Positions 1-10,204 of a DNA stretch of 53,660 bases are shown piece by piece; within the stretch, counting starts at the first letter, position 1; every line of letters begins with the position of its first letter. Origin of the DNA: Firmicutes bacterium CAG:176 (lineage in GTDB: Bacteria > Bacillota > Clostridia > Lachnospirales > Lachnospiraceae); contig CAVFMZ010000003.1 in NCBI GenBank assembly GCA_963623675.1, forward strand, positions 1 to 53,660, written 5' to 3'. Position numbers and translations under genes: made by a program. The notes beneath the pieces are model-generated. The model was not told the DNA's origin. It was given only the letters and a program-made list of their open reading frames with translations, and made no database searches.

Positions 1-446
1 AGACGCTGGTGCGCCATCTGGTGCGCTATTATGCGGATACCTGCGGGGATGAGAAGCTGTCTGCGATTCTGCTGGACATTCTCGATACACCGGTGAGCCC
101 GGAACTTCTGCCGCCGGAGAATGGAACGATCTCCCAGAAGACGGAAGATCTGGTGGGACCGTATGAGCTTCATGATTTTTATCTGTATTATATGCTCCGT
201 TTTGGATTTGCACCGGATAAGATTTTTTATCTGGCGAAACAGGCCTTTGCGGGAGAATATGACGATGAGACGATTCTCAAATGGCTGAAGACGTTCGTGC
301 GCCGGTTCTTTGCACAGCAGTTCAAGCGCTCCTGCCTGCCGGATGGTCCGAAGGTCGGTACAGTTGCTGTTTCGCCGAGAGGAGACCTGCGTATGCCAAG
401 TGATGCCTGCGCGAAGCTCTGGATGGACTGTCTGGAAACACTTTAG
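1..446 (+). CDS. nadE: Glutamine-dependent NAD+ synthetase, C-terminal part (truncated by window edge)
   Basis: [44 protein letters not shown] and [11 protein letters not shown] motifs; frame open from position 3. Confidence 0.93.
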   Translation, partial: TLVRHLVRYYADTCGDEKLSAILLDILDTPVSPELLPPENGTISQKTEDLVGPYELHDFYLYYMLRFGFAPDKIFYLAKQAFAGEYDDETILKWLKTFVRRFFAQQFKRSCLPDGPKVGTVAVSPRGDLRMPSDACAKLWMDCLETL

Positions 447-500
447 ACAAAAGTGATGAATGGAAATCTTTGATTTTATAAAAATTGCACAAAAGAAAAA

Positions 501-563
501 GAAGGATTTTTAAGAAAGACAGAAGAATATTCTATGTTTTTTTCATGCATCTCCTGTTATATT
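501..563 (+). promoter_or_regulatory. Putative mglB promoter: extended -10 with two upstream imperfect direct repeats 21 bp apart
   Basis: TG-t-TATATT at 555-563 with no good -35; GAAGGATTTTTA (501) and GAAGAATATTCT (522). Confidence 0.4.
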
Positions 564-617
564 GTCATTAGTAACAGAGAGTTACACGTGAACCAAAAAA
601 TGGGAGGTAAAAACAAG

Positions 618-1739
618 ATGAAAAGAAAAGCAGTAAGCGTAGTTCTGGCGCTGACAATGGTAGCTGGTATGGCAGTGGGATGCGGTAGCAGCACAACGGC
701 TGACACCACTACAACTGACGACGCAGCAGCAGAGGAGACCACAGATGCAGCAGAGGAAACTGACGCAGCTGATACCGCAGATGCAGCAGCAGACGCGGTA
801 GATGGCGATCTGGCAGACAAGAAAGTCGGCGTTTGTATCTATCAGTTCTCCGACAACTTCATGACTCTGTTCCGTACCGAGCTTCAGTCTTATCTGGAAG
901 GCAAAGGATTCAAAGCAGAGAACATTAAGATCGTAGATGGTGCGAATGACCAGGCTACCCAGTCCGGACAGATCGATAACTTCATCACCGAGGGTGTTGA
1001 TGTTCTGATTATCAACCCGGTTAACTCTTCTTCCGCAGCTACTATTACTGATAAAGTAGTAGACGCTGGAATCCCGCTGGTATACATTAACCGTGAACCG
1101 GATGAGGCAGAGGAGCAGAGATGGGCAGACAATAACTGGGATGTTACCTATGTAGGTTGTGACGCTCGTCAGTCCGGTACTTTCCAGGGCGAGATGATCG
1201 CTGAGATCGGTATCGACAAACTGGATATGAACGGAAACGGCAAAGTTGATTATATCATGGTTGAGGGTGACCCGGAGAACGTAGATGCTCAGTATCGTAC
1301 CGAGTTTTCTGTAAAAGCTCTTGAGGATGCAGGTCTTGAGGTTAACTGCCTGACTGATCAGGTTGGTAACTGGCAGCAGGATCAGGCACAGCAGATTGTT
1401 GCTAACGCTCTTGGACAGTATGGCAACGACGTAGAAGTTGTATTCTGTAACAACGATTCCATGGCTATGGGTGCTCTGCAGGCTATTCAGGCAGCTGGAC
1501 GTACTGTAGGCGAGGATATCTACCTGGTAGGTGTTGACGCTCTGTCTGAGGCTCTTGAGTCTGTAATCGGCGGAACCATGACCGGTACCGTATTTAACGA
1601 TCACTTCTCACAGTCCCACAGTGCTGCTGATGCTGCAATCAACTACTTGGACGGAACCGGAAACGAGCACTACATTGGTTGTGACTATGTAAAAGTTACC
1701 CAGGACAATGCTCAGGAAGTTCTTGACATGGTTAAATAA
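618..1739 (+). CDS. mglB: Galactose/glucose-type sugar ABC transporter substrate-binding lipoprotein
   Basis: RBS GGAGG before ATG 618 (ORF-track start 534 is too far upstream); lipobox AVGC; acidic linker; YINREP, FCNNDSMAMGA and GTVFND motifs. Confidence 0.85.
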   Translation: MKRKAVSVVLALTMVAGMAVGCGSSTTADTTTTDDAAAEETTDAAEETDAADTADAAADAVDGDLADKKVGVCIYQFSDNFMTLFRTELQSYLEGKGFKAENIKIVDGANDQATQSGQIDNFITEGVDVLIINPVNSSSAATITDKVVDAGIPLVYINREPDEAEEQRWADNNWDVTYVGCDARQSGTFQGEMIAEIGIDKLDMNGNGKVDYIMVEGDPENVDAQYRTEFSVKALEDAGLEVNCLTDQVGNWQQDQAQQIVANALGQYGNDVEVVFCNNDSMAMGALQAIQAAGRTVGEDIYLVGVDALSEALESVIGGTMTGTVFNDHFSQSHSAADAAINYLDGTGNEHYIGCDYVKVTQDNAQEVLDMVK

Positions 1740-1752
1740 ATTGTGAACAATG

Positions 1753-1786
1753 ATGCGGGCGTTGGACAACGGCGTCCGCATTTTTT
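1753..1786 (+). terminator. Intra-operon stem-loop after mglB
   Basis: ATGCGGGCGTTG-gacaa-CGGCGTCCGCAT followed by a T-tract. Confidence 0.75.
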
Positions 1787-1811
1787 AAGCTGATTTAAGA
1801 AGGAGAGCAAA

Positions 1812-3320
1812 ATGGCTGAGTATAAACTGGAGTTGAAGGGCATCTGCAAGTCCTTTCCCGGCGTTAAGGCGCTTGACAATGTGCAGTTGTCAGTTCGTCC
1901 CGGCACAGTCCATGCGCTGATGGGAGAAAATGGTGCGGGTAAGTCCACTCTGATGAAATGTCTGTTTGGTATCTACAAGATGGATGCCGGAGAGATTTAT
2001 CTGGATGGTGAAAAGATTGAGGTAAAGGATCCGGATGATGCCATGAGTAAGGGTATTGCCATGGTGCATCAGGAGCTTCAGCCGGTTCTGGCAAGAAGCG
2101 TAGGTGAGAACCTGTTCCTTGGAAGATTCCCCACAAAGAATTATGGTCCGCTGAAAGTGATTGACCATAAGAAAATGTATGAAGATACGAAGATGTGGCT
2201 GGATGAGGTTGGTATGGACTTTGATCCGAAAGCCCAGCTTGGCTCTTTATCCATCGGTCAGATGCAGTCTGTTGAGATTGCCAAGGCAGTTTCCCATCAG
2301 GCGAAAGTCGTGATCTTTGACGAACCGACTTCCTCTCTGTCCGATAAAGAAGTAGACGCCCTGTTCCGGATTATGAATGATCTGAGAAATAAGGGAGTAG
2401 CCATGATCTACATCTCTCATAAGATGGATGAGATCAAACGAATCGCAGACGACATTACGGTTATGCGTGATGGAGGTTATGTGGGCACCTGGCCTGCAGC
2501 TGAGATGACGACAGATCAGATCATTGCCAAGATGGTTGGCCGTGAGCTGACAAATGTATATCCGCCGAAGGACAATGAGATCGGTGATGTGATTCTGGAA
2601 GTAAAAGACCTGTGTTCCATTCATGAGAAATCGTTCCAGCACGTAAGCTTCAAGCTTCGCAAAGGAGAGATTCTTGGATTCGGAGGACTGGTTGGAGCCC
2701 AGAGAACCGAGTTGATGGAAGGTATCTTCGGTATTCGTGGAGTAGCATCCGGTGAGATCTATATCCACGGCAAGAAAGTGAATATTAAGCACCCAATAGA
2801 TGCCATGAACGCAGGTATCGGACTGATTACCGAGGACCGTCGTGGAAATGGTATCTTCGGCTGCCTGTCCATTAAGGACAACGTAGGCGTGTCGGTGTAT
2901 AACAAATATCTGAAAGCAGGATTTGTTCTGGACCACAAGTCCATCAATAAGGTTGTGGATGAGAGCATTGAGAAACTGAGAATTAAGACTCCCAGCATGA
3001 AAGAACATATCGCCAACCTGTCAGGTGGTAACCAGCAGAAGGTTATCGTATCCAGATGGCTGGCAAACGACCCGGATGTGCTGATCATGGATGAGCCGAC
3101 CCGTGGTATCGACGTTGGAGCCAAGCATGAGATTTATGAGATTATGGTAGACCTGGCAAAACAGGGCAAAGCCATTATCATGATTTCCTCAGAGATGGCT
3201 GAGCTACTTGGAATGTCTGACAGAGTATGTGTTATGTGTAATGGCCGTCTGACCGGTGAGATCACCGAGAAGGAAGAGATGACTCAGGCAAATGTTATGC
3301 AGTTTGCAACACAATTCTGA
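1812..3320 (+). CDS. mglA: Sugar ABC transporter ATP-binding protein (two NBDs, CUT2 family)
   Basis: GENGAGKST Walker A, LSGGNQQKV, DEPTRGIDVGAK. Confidence 0.92.
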   Translation: MAEYKLELKGICKSFPGVKALDNVQLSVRPGTVHALMGENGAGKSTLMKCLFGIYKMDAGEIYLDGEKIEVKDPDDAMSKGIAMVHQELQPVLARSVGENLFLGRFPTKNYGPLKVIDHKKMYEDTKMWLDEVGMDFDPKAQLGSLSIGQMQSVEIAKAVSHQAKVVIFDEPTSSLSDKEVDALFRIMNDLRNKGVAMIYISHKMDEIKRIADDITVMRDGGYVGTWPAAEMTTDQIIAKMVGRELTNVYPPKDNEIGDVILEVKDLCSIHEKSFQHVSFKLRKGEILGFGGLVGAQRTELMEGIFGIRGVASGEIYIHGKKVNIKHPIDAMNAGIGLITEDRRGNGIFGCLSIKDNVGVSVYNKYLKAGFVLDHKSINKVVDESIEKLRIKTPSMKEHIANLSGGNQQKVIVSRWLANDPDVLIMDEPTRGIDVGAKHEIYEIMVDLAKQGKAIIMISSEMAELLGMSDRVCVMCNGRLTGEITEKEEMTQANVMQFATQF

Positions 3321-3342
3321 TGCTGAAGGAGGAGAAAGAAGA

Positions 3343-4332
3343 ATGGAAAAGACAAAGCAGAAACAGATTACAGATTTTCTGATTAATAATGGTGTTATCA
3401 TCGTTATGTTCATTCTGGTTATCGTAGCCGGAGTGACTACCCAGAACTTTTTTACACTGAATAACTTAACGAACCTGTTAAACAACATGAGTTTCCGTCT
3501 GGTAATCGCACTTGGTATTGCAGGCTGCGTTATTACCGCAGGATGTGACCTTTCCGCAGGACGTCTGATCGGTCTTGGCGGATGTATCTCCGGCGTACTG
3601 CTTCAGAGAATTGATTATTCCGGTAAATTCTTCCCGGATATGCAGCCTCTGAACGTATTCCTGGCAGCGCTGATTGCCATGGTAATCTGTGCAATCTTCG
3701 GAACCATTACCGGTTTCTTCATTGCTTACTTAAGCGTACCGCCGTTCATTGCAACGCTGGCAACCATGGAGATTGTATATGGTCTGAACATGCTGTTTAC
3801 CAACGCTACCCCGCTTGGTGGATTTACGACCGAGTACACCAACGTAGGAAGCGGTAAATTCCTGGGACTGAGCTATCTGGTATGGATTGCCCTTTTAGTG
3901 GCAGCGATTACCTGGTTTATTTTCAATATGACCCGTCATGGAAAATATATGTATGCAATCGGTGGAAACCCGCAGGCAGCTGAGGTTGCCGGTGTTCCGG
4001 TAAAGCTGACTCTGATTCTGATCTACATGAAAGCAGCAGCTATGTATGGTCTTGCAGGTTTCATGCTGGGTGCAAAATCCGGTGGAGCTTCCGTACAGCT
4101 TGGTTATGGTTATGAGATGGAGGCAATCGCAGCATGTACCATCGGTGGTGTATCCGTTACTGGTGGACGTGGTAAAGTTTCTTCCGCATTTATCGGTGTT
4201 GCCGTATTCGAGCTTCTGAAGATCGCTCTGCAGTACATGGGTGTCAATGCAAACGCACAGTACATTGCAATCGGTATCGTTATCTTCGTAGCAATCTCTC
4301 TGGATATCAGAAAGTATGTAGCAAAGAAATAA
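3343..4332 (+). CDS. mglC: Sugar ABC transporter permease
   Basis: RBS AGGAGG before ATG 3343; DLSAG, VPPFIATLA, YAIGGNPQAA and GGVSVTGG motifs; multiple hydrophobic segments. Confidence 0.88.
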   Translation: MEKTKQKQITDFLINNGVIIVMFILVIVAGVTTQNFFTLNNLTNLLNNMSFRLVIALGIAGCVITAGCDLSAGRLIGLGGCISGVLLQRIDYSGKFFPDMQPLNVFLAALIAMVICAIFGTITGFFIAYLSVPPFIATLATMEIVYGLNMLFTNATPLGGFTTEYTNVGSGKFLGLSYLVWIALLVAAITWFIFNMTRHGKYMYAIGGNPQAAEVAGVPVKLTLILIYMKAAAMYGLAGFMLGAKSGGASVQLGYGYEMEAIAACTIGGVSVTGGRGKVSSAFIGVAVFELLKIALQYMGVNANAQYIAIGIVIFVAISLDIRKYVAKK

Positions 4333-4347
4333 GCAATATAGTATAAT

Positions 4348-4388
4348 AAATGGCGGCAGGGTCGGTTCTGATCCCGCCGTCATTTTTT
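4348..4388 (+). terminator. Probable intrinsic terminator after mglC
   Basis: AAATGGCGGC...GCCGTCATTT imperfect stem followed by a T-tract. Confidence 0.65.
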
Positions 4389-4419
4389 ATACTACAGGAA
4401 ACTTCGAAGAGGAAGAGAT

Positions 4420-6054
4420 ATGGAAAACAGCAGAAATCGTTATTCGGTACTACTGGTGGATGATGAGGAAGATGTCATCCGGATTATCATGAAAAAATTA
4501 GATTGGGAAAGTATGGGGCTGACCATTATCGGACATGCAGCCAATGGGGTGGAAGCACTGGAAATGGCGGAGGAACTGTCGCCGGACATTGTGATGACAG
4601 ATATCAAGATGCCTTATATGGATGGGCTGACCCTGTGCAGAAAACTGAAGGAATTATCCCGCACTATCCGGGTCATTATCTTTTCCGGATTCGATGAATT
4701 TGAATATGCAAAAGAAGCCATCAAAATGGAGGCAGAGGAATATCTTCTGAAGCCGGTCAATGCGGTGGAATTAAAAGAAGTCTTTGAACGGGTGAAAAAT
4801 GATCTGGACCGGGAACTGGATGAGAAGCGGAATACTGATAAACTGAGAGAGTACTATATGGAAAGCCTGCCGGTTCTGCAGGAAAGCTTCTATATGGCAC
4901 TGTTAGAGGGAAGAATTGTCCCGGAACAGATTAACCGTTATGTGGAAAATTATCAGGTGCATTTGAACGGATCGTACTATGTAGTGGCGGTTTTACATAT
5001 CAGTCAGCAGTCACTGGAAGAAGAGTCACAGATGGATCCGTTCCTGCAGGCAGTCTCTGTCCGGAAGTTTGCGGAGGAACAGGCAGAAGACCGATGGAGA
5101 AGCCGTTTTGTAATCTATCTGGGGGATATTATCATGATTTCCCAGATGAATTCCAGAGAGGAAATGCTGGAATATACCAATGAGATGGACCGGCTCTGCC
5201 GGATGGCGAAAAAAGTATGTAATGCCAGAATTACAGCGGGAATTGGTTATCTCTGCGATAATCTGGAGCAGCTGCCCTTATCCTATCAGGGTGCCAAACA
5301 GGCGGTTTCTTACCGGGTGCTCTATGGAAATACGAGAGCCATCAGCATTTCCGAGGTGGAACCGGCAGAGCATACAGATCTGAACTGGGAGGATGCATAC
5401 AGTTCCTATATCCAGCGGATTATGAGGAAAGTCCGGGTCGGGGAGCAGGACGGGCTGGAGGAGGCGATCTCCCAGTTTACAGCGTGGCTCTCCGGGGAAC
5501 AGCTTTCCATGCAGAAATACCGGATTGTGATGATGGAACTGGTAGCGGAGCTTTTCCGTTTTACAGCATCCCATGGGTTAAATCCGGAGAGTGTCTTCGG
5601 TGGCAATGGAGATGTCTATAGCCAGGTACTGCAGATGGAATCTGCGGAGGTGCTGGACCGGTGGCTCCGGAGAGTCTGCGCCAATCTGCAGAATGATGTG
5701 GCGAACGAGCGTCAGGACAGTACGAAACTTTTTGTGAAGAATGCGGAAGAGTATGTGAAAGAGCATTTTGCAGATCAGGATCTGAGCGTGGATGAGGTAT
5801 GCCGGAAACTGAATGTAAGTGCCGCTTATTTCTCCACGATTTTCAAGAAGGAAACCGGTAAGACCTTTGTGCGGTATCTGACGGATTACCGGATGGAAAA
5901 AGCGGTGAGCATGCTCATGACAGGAAATGAGAAGACCTACGTCATTGCGGAAAAAGTCGGTTATGCAGAGCCGAATTATTTTAGTTACGTGTTCAAAAAA
6001 CAGTTTGGAATGTCTCCGTCCAAATATAAGGCGGAAAGACTGGAGCAGAAGTGA
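4420..6054 (+). CDS. YesN-type response regulator (receiver domain plus AraC HTH)
   Basis: LLVDDE, TDIKMP, YLLKP receiver motifs; C-terminal YFSTIFKKETG...VGYAEPNYFSYVFKKQFGMSPSKYK. Confidence 0.92.
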   Translation: MENSRNRYSVLLVDDEEDVIRIIMKKLDWESMGLTIIGHAANGVEALEMAEELSPDIVMTDIKMPYMDGLTLCRKLKELSRTIRVIIFSGFDEFEYAKEAIKMEAEEYLLKPVNAVELKEVFERVKNDLDRELDEKRNTDKLREYYMESLPVLQESFYMALLEGRIVPEQINRYVENYQVHLNGSYYVVAVLHISQQSLEEESQMDPFLQAVSVRKFAEEQAEDRWRSRFVIYLGDIIMISQMNSREEMLEYTNEMDRLCRMAKKVCNARITAGIGYLCDNLEQLPLSYQGAKQAVSYRVLYGNTRAISISEVEPAEHTDLNWEDAYSSYIQRIMRKVRVGEQDGLEEAISQFTAWLSGEQLSMQKYRIVMMELVAELFRFTASHGLNPESVFGGNGDVYSQVLQMESAEVLDRWLRRVCANLQNDVANERQDSTKLFVKNAEEYVKEHFADQDLSVDEVCRKLNVSAAYFSTIFKKETGKTFVRYLTDYRMEKAVSMLMTGNEKTYVIAEKVGYAEPNYFSYVFKKQFGMSPSKYKAERLEQK

Positions 6055-7889
6055 AAAGAATCCTGAAATATTTTAAAAAGAAACCGCTGTCGGTGCAGGT
6101 GGGACTGGCGCTTTCTTTTACCCTGGTTTCGCTTTTTGCCATGGGTGTGTTCGGCATTACCATGTACCATCTGTTCGTAAACCGTATGGAAAATATGATG
6201 TCGGAAAATGCGGAACAGCTGCTGGATCAGACGGCCATCAACCTGGAAAACTATCTGAAAAGCATGCGCCGGATTTCTGACAGTATGTATTATACCGTGA
6301 TCAAGGATAAGGATCTGGGAACAGATACCATGTCCTCGGAACTGAATCTGCTCTATGCGGCCAATCAGGAGAATCTGGTGAGTATCGCCTGCTTTACGGG
6401 AGACGGTGATCTGGTGGATGCGGTACCCGTATCCAAAGAGAAGTCCAATGTGGACGTGACAAAAAAAGAATGGTTCACAGAGGCGGTTGGTCAGATGGAA
6501 AATTTTCATTTTTCCACACCCCATGTGCAGAACCTGTTTGATGATACCAGCTATCAGTATAACTGGGTGATTTCCTTGAGCCGTGCGGTGGAATTGACCA
6601 CCAACGGAAGCTCCAGGCTGGGCGTGCTGCTGGTTGATATGAATTATTCCAGTATGGAGCAGCTGCTGGAAAAGGCCAATATGGGAAATACGTCAGAATA
6701 TCTCTACCTGATGGATGGAGACGGGGAGATTATTTATCATCCCAAACAGAAAATGATTTATGCCAATCTGTATCAGGAAAACAACAGAGAGACGGCCGGG
6801 TGGGAGGACGGAAGCCACCGGGAATATTATCAGGGGGAGAACCGGCTGGTAACGGTGAAGACCATCAGTTACACGGGCTGGAAAATCGTTAGTGTGGTTC
6901 CCATGAGTGCCTTTAATATGGGTATGTATGAAACACGTCTGTTCTTCGTCCTGCTGCTGATTCTGTCCATGCTCATGATTATTTTCCTGAACCAGATGGT
7001 ATCCTCCAGTATTGCAAAGCCGCTGGAGAAGCTGAATGATTCCGTGAAGGAATGGGAAGCCGGAAACATGCAGCCGGATATTTACATTGGTGGATTTACC
7101 GAGGTAGAGCATCTGGGAAGAACCCTGAAGTCCACGGTGGAACAGATCCGGAAGCTTATGGATGATGTGCTGCTTGAGCAGGAGGAGAAGCGGAAGAGTG
7201 AGCTGGATGCGCTGCAGTCCCAGATCAATCCGCATTTCCTGTATAACACGCTGGAATCCATTACCTGGATGATCGAGGGCGAGCGGTATGAGGATGCGGT
7301 CTTTATGATTTCCCAGCTGGCCAGCCTGTTCCGGATCAGTCTGAGCAAAGGAAAGACCATCATCCGGGTGGAGGATGAAATCAAACATGCACAGAACTAT
7401 ATGAATATCCAGAAAATCCGGTACAAGAACCGGTTCCAGGTGAATTTTCAGATTGCGGATGAGATTAAGGACTGCTGTACGGTGAAGCTCATTGTGCAGC
7501 CTCTTCTGGAAAATGCCATTTACTACGGAGTGGAAGGCATGGATGACGAGGGAGAGATCCATGTGGTCGGCTACCGTGACGGGGACGACGTCTGCATCGA
7601 GGTGCAGGACAATGGTCTTGGCATGCCGGAAGAGATGGTGGAGAAGCTGCTCACGGAAAATGAGCATGTTCCCAAACATGGTTCCGGAGTGGGCGTGATC
7701 AATGTGCATAACCGGATCCGGATTCGCTTCGGAGAACAGTACGGACTGGAAATCGAGAGCGAACCGGATGAAGGAACGACGGTACGGATCCGGATTCCCT
7801 ATATTCCCTATACACCGGACATCCAGGAACATCTGGATGGAAAACGCATGAAACAGCTGAAAGGGGAGACGGAAAATGACAAAAAATAG
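6051..7889 (+). CDS. YesM/LytS-type sensor histidine kinase with Cache and HAMP domains
   Basis: Two TM segments; ALQSQINPHFLYNTL, QPLLENAIYYG, DNGLG and GVGVINV motifs; GTG start overlaps the regulator stop codon. Confidence 0.92.
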   Translation: MKRILKYFKKKPLSVQVGLALSFTLVSLFAMGVFGITMYHLFVNRMENMMSENAEQLLDQTAINLENYLKSMRRISDSMYYTVIKDKDLGTDTMSSELNLLYAANQENLVSIACFTGDGDLVDAVPVSKEKSNVDVTKKEWFTEAVGQMENFHFSTPHVQNLFDDTSYQYNWVISLSRAVELTTNGSSRLGVLLVDMNYSSMEQLLEKANMGNTSEYLYLMDGDGEIIYHPKQKMIYANLYQENNRETAGWEDGSHREYYQGENRLVTVKTISYTGWKIVSVVPMSAFNMGMYETRLFFVLLLILSMLMIIFLNQMVSSSIAKPLEKLNDSVKEWEAGNMQPDIYIGGFTEVEHLGRTLKSTVEQIRKLMDDVLLEQEEKRKSELDALQSQINPHFLYNTLESITWMIEGERYEDAVFMISQLASLFRISLSKGKTIIRVEDEIKHAQNYMNIQKIRYKNRFQVNFQIADEIKDCCTVKLIVQPLLENAIYYGVEGMDDEGEIHVVGYRDGDDVCIEVQDNGLGMPEEMVEKLLTENEHVPKHGSGVGVINVHNRIRIRFGEQYGLEIESEPDEGTTVRIRIPYIPYTPDIQEHLDGKRMKQLKGETENDKK

Positions 7890-8853
7890 AAGAATCCTCA
7901 TGTTTTCCGTAGTGATGCTTCTGGTGTTGAGTGTTGCCATGGCATTTTCCGTTTTGGATCAGGGAAATAATGAGCGGACCTATACGGTGTCGGTCATTGT
8001 AGATAACAGCAACAGCAGCCGCTGGACGTCTCTGAAGGAAGGAATGGAAGCGGCGGCAAAAGATTATGGAATCCGGCTCAATTATGTATCGACAGGTGTC
8101 TTATGGAGCAAAACTCCGGAACTGGATCTGGTGGAACGGGAGCTGGAATCCGGTGTGGACGGAGTGATCCTGCAGCTGTATGCCAGTGAAGGCGTCCATG
8201 AGCGGCTGGAGCAGGTGGTGAGCAGAGACCGGTGCGTGCTGCTGGAAACAGACATGATGCCGGAAGAATATTATCAGACCGTGGGGCCGGATAACCGGAA
8301 ACTGGGAAGCGTGCTGGCGGGAGAGCTGAAAGCTGATTTCGGAGAACGGCTGCGGGGAAAGAAGATCGGCGTCCTGTGTGGAAATACAGGGCAGCTGTCC
8401 ATCCGGCAGCGGCTGGAAGGACTGGAGGAAGGTCTCAAAAATACCGGGGCTGTGATCCAGTGGACGCTGGCAGAGATGGGGAGAACCCAGAATATGGAGG
8501 CAGTGCAGGAATGCTGGCAGAAGCATGCGGATATTGTGATTGCCCTTGATAATACAGAGACGGAGCGTGCGGTCGATTATATGGAAGAAAATGGAATAAA
8601 AAGACAGGATTGTGCGCTTTATGGGATAGGAAATTCGGAGAAAGTAGTGTATTATTTAGACAGAGGGCTGATCCGGACGCTGGTGGCGCCCAATGAATTC
8701 CATATGGGATACCGGAGTGTGGAAGAGATGGCGTACAAACTGGAATATCAGGCATCCGGGCGTCCCAACGTGCAGACCGGTTATCTGGTTATTGACCAGA
8801 CCAACCTGTATGATGAGATCAATCAGAAGATTTTGTTTCCCATCGTTCAGTAG
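7876..8853 (+). CDS. Membrane-anchored type-1 sugar-binding protein (possible XylFII-like accessory sensor)
   Basis: N-terminal hydrophobic anchor with no lipobox Cys; WTSLKEGMEAAAKDYG and VGPDNRKLG resemble periplasmic binding proteins; overlaps the kinase end. Confidence 0.75.
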   Translation: MTKNRRILMFSVVMLLVLSVAMAFSVLDQGNNERTYTVSVIVDNSNSSRWTSLKEGMEAAAKDYGIRLNYVSTGVLWSKTPELDLVERELESGVDGVILQLYASEGVHERLEQVVSRDRCVLLETDMMPEEYYQTVGPDNRKLGSVLAGELKADFGERLRGKKIGVLCGNTGQLSIRQRLEGLEEGLKNTGAVIQWTLAEMGRTQNMEAVQECWQKHADIVIALDNTETERAVDYMEENGIKRQDCALYGIGNSEKVVYYLDRGLIRTLVAPNEFHMGYRSVEEMAYKLEYQASGRPNVQTGYLVIDQTNLYDEINQKILFPIVQ

Positions 8854-8862
8854 GAGGGTGGA

Positions 8863-9894
8863 ATGAGAAGAAAGAAATACACAGCGCTGCTGTTATGCTG
8901 CTCCATGATTGGCGGGATGCTCAACGGGTGCGGCGAAAGCGAAAAGAGCAGGAACGCGAATGAAGTGAAGATTGGCGTGACCGTGTACGACCAGTATGAT
9001 ACTTTTATTTCACAGCTGATGGAACAGTTTAATCAGTATGCAGCCCAGACCATGGATGCTGCAGACTCGGATCTGTCCATCCAGGTGGAAGTGTACAATG
9101 CAGGAAAAAGCCAGACCACCCAGAACAGCCAGGTGGAAAATATGATTGCCCAGGGATGTGATGTGATCTGTGTCAATCTGGTGGACCGGACGGAGCCTGT
9201 TACGATTATTGATATGGCAGAGAAAGAAAACATTCCCATTATCTTTTTTAACCGGGAACTGGTGGAGCAGGATCTGGAGCGCTGGGACCGCCTGTACTAT
9301 GTGGGATCGCCTGCGCTGGAATCCGGGATTATGCAGGGAGAGATGGCAGCGGATCTGTTCCGGAAGGAGCCGTCCGTGGATAAAAACGGGGACGGCGTAT
9401 TTCAGTATGTAATTCTGGAAGGGGAGATGGACCACCAGGATGCCATTGTCCGCACGGAGTATGCAGTGAGCACCATTATGGAAAAAGGCGTGGAAGCGGA
9501 GAAGCTTGGCTATGCCATTGCCAACTGGAACCGGGCTCAGGCTCAGACAAAGATGACCCAGCTGCTCAGCCAGTATGGGGATAAGATCGAACTGGTGCTG
9601 GCGAACAACGACGATATGGCACTGGGAGCTGTGGATGCTCTGAAAGAAGCGGAGATTCCCCAGGAGGAATGGCCTGCCATTTTCGGAATTGACGGAACGG
9701 ATGTAGGCCAGACGGCGCTCAGCAAAGGGGAACTGAAGGGAACCGTGTATAACGATAAGGAAGGGCAGGCAAAGGCTATGTTAAGCCTGGCCATGCAGCT
9801 GGCCAGGAGAGGAACACTGGAGGATCTGGATTTGCAGGATGGAAAATATATCCGCCTTCCCTATAAAAAGCTGGAGAAAATCGAAGGAAAGTAA
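8863..9894 (+). CDS. Second MglB-like sugar-binding lipoprotein
   Basis: Lipobox LNGC; IIFFNRE, DKNGDG, ANNDDMALGA and GTVYND; clear paralog of 618-1739. Confidence 0.85.
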   Translation: MRRKKYTALLLCCSMIGGMLNGCGESEKSRNANEVKIGVTVYDQYDTFISQLMEQFNQYAAQTMDAADSDLSIQVEVYNAGKSQTTQNSQVENMIAQGCDVICVNLVDRTEPVTIIDMAEKENIPIIFFNRELVEQDLERWDRLYYVGSPALESGIMQGEMAADLFRKEPSVDKNGDGVFQYVILEGEMDHQDAIVRTEYAVSTIMEKGVEAEKLGYAIANWNRAQAQTKMTQLLSQYGDKIELVLANNDDMALGAVDALKEAEIPQEEWPAIFGIDGTDVGQTALSKGELKGTVYNDKEGQAKAMLSLAMQLARRGTLEDLDLQDGKYIRLPYKKLEKIEGK

Positions 9895-9909
9895 AAGGAG
9901 ACTGACAAC

Positions 9910-10191
9910 ATGGATGATAATACAAGAGAAAAATTAAGACCGGTGCTCTATCTTGCAGCGGGAGCATACCTCATTTACCTGGCAGTACATATGCTGCAGG
10001 GCCTGGCAGAAATAACAGGAACGGAGCATACGGTGATGCTGGCAGCTTCTGTTGTCTTTGGTATCGGTGGTGTTGCGATTCTGATTTTCGGACTGTTCTG
10101 TGCAAAAAAGATTTTTCTGGATGCTCCGGCAGCGGATGCATCAGCAGAGTCTGATGAAGAGAAGAACGAAACATCGGAAGAACAGGAATAA
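9910..10191 (+). CDS. Small hypothetical membrane protein (two TM helices, acidic tail)
   Basis: RBS AAGGAG; two hydrophobic stretches. Confidence 0.75.
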   Translation: MDDNTREKLRPVLYLAAGAYLIYLAVHMLQGLAEITGTEHTVMLAASVVFGIGGVAILIFGLFCAKKIFLDAPAADASAESDEEKNETSEEQE

Positions 10192-10204
10192 ATCCGGGAT
10201 TTCA

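Noticed and set aside
690..810. Repetitive GCA/GAC-rich stretch in mglB
   Set aside because: It encodes an ordinary Ala/Asp/Thr/Glu lipoprotein linker, not a DNA repeat element
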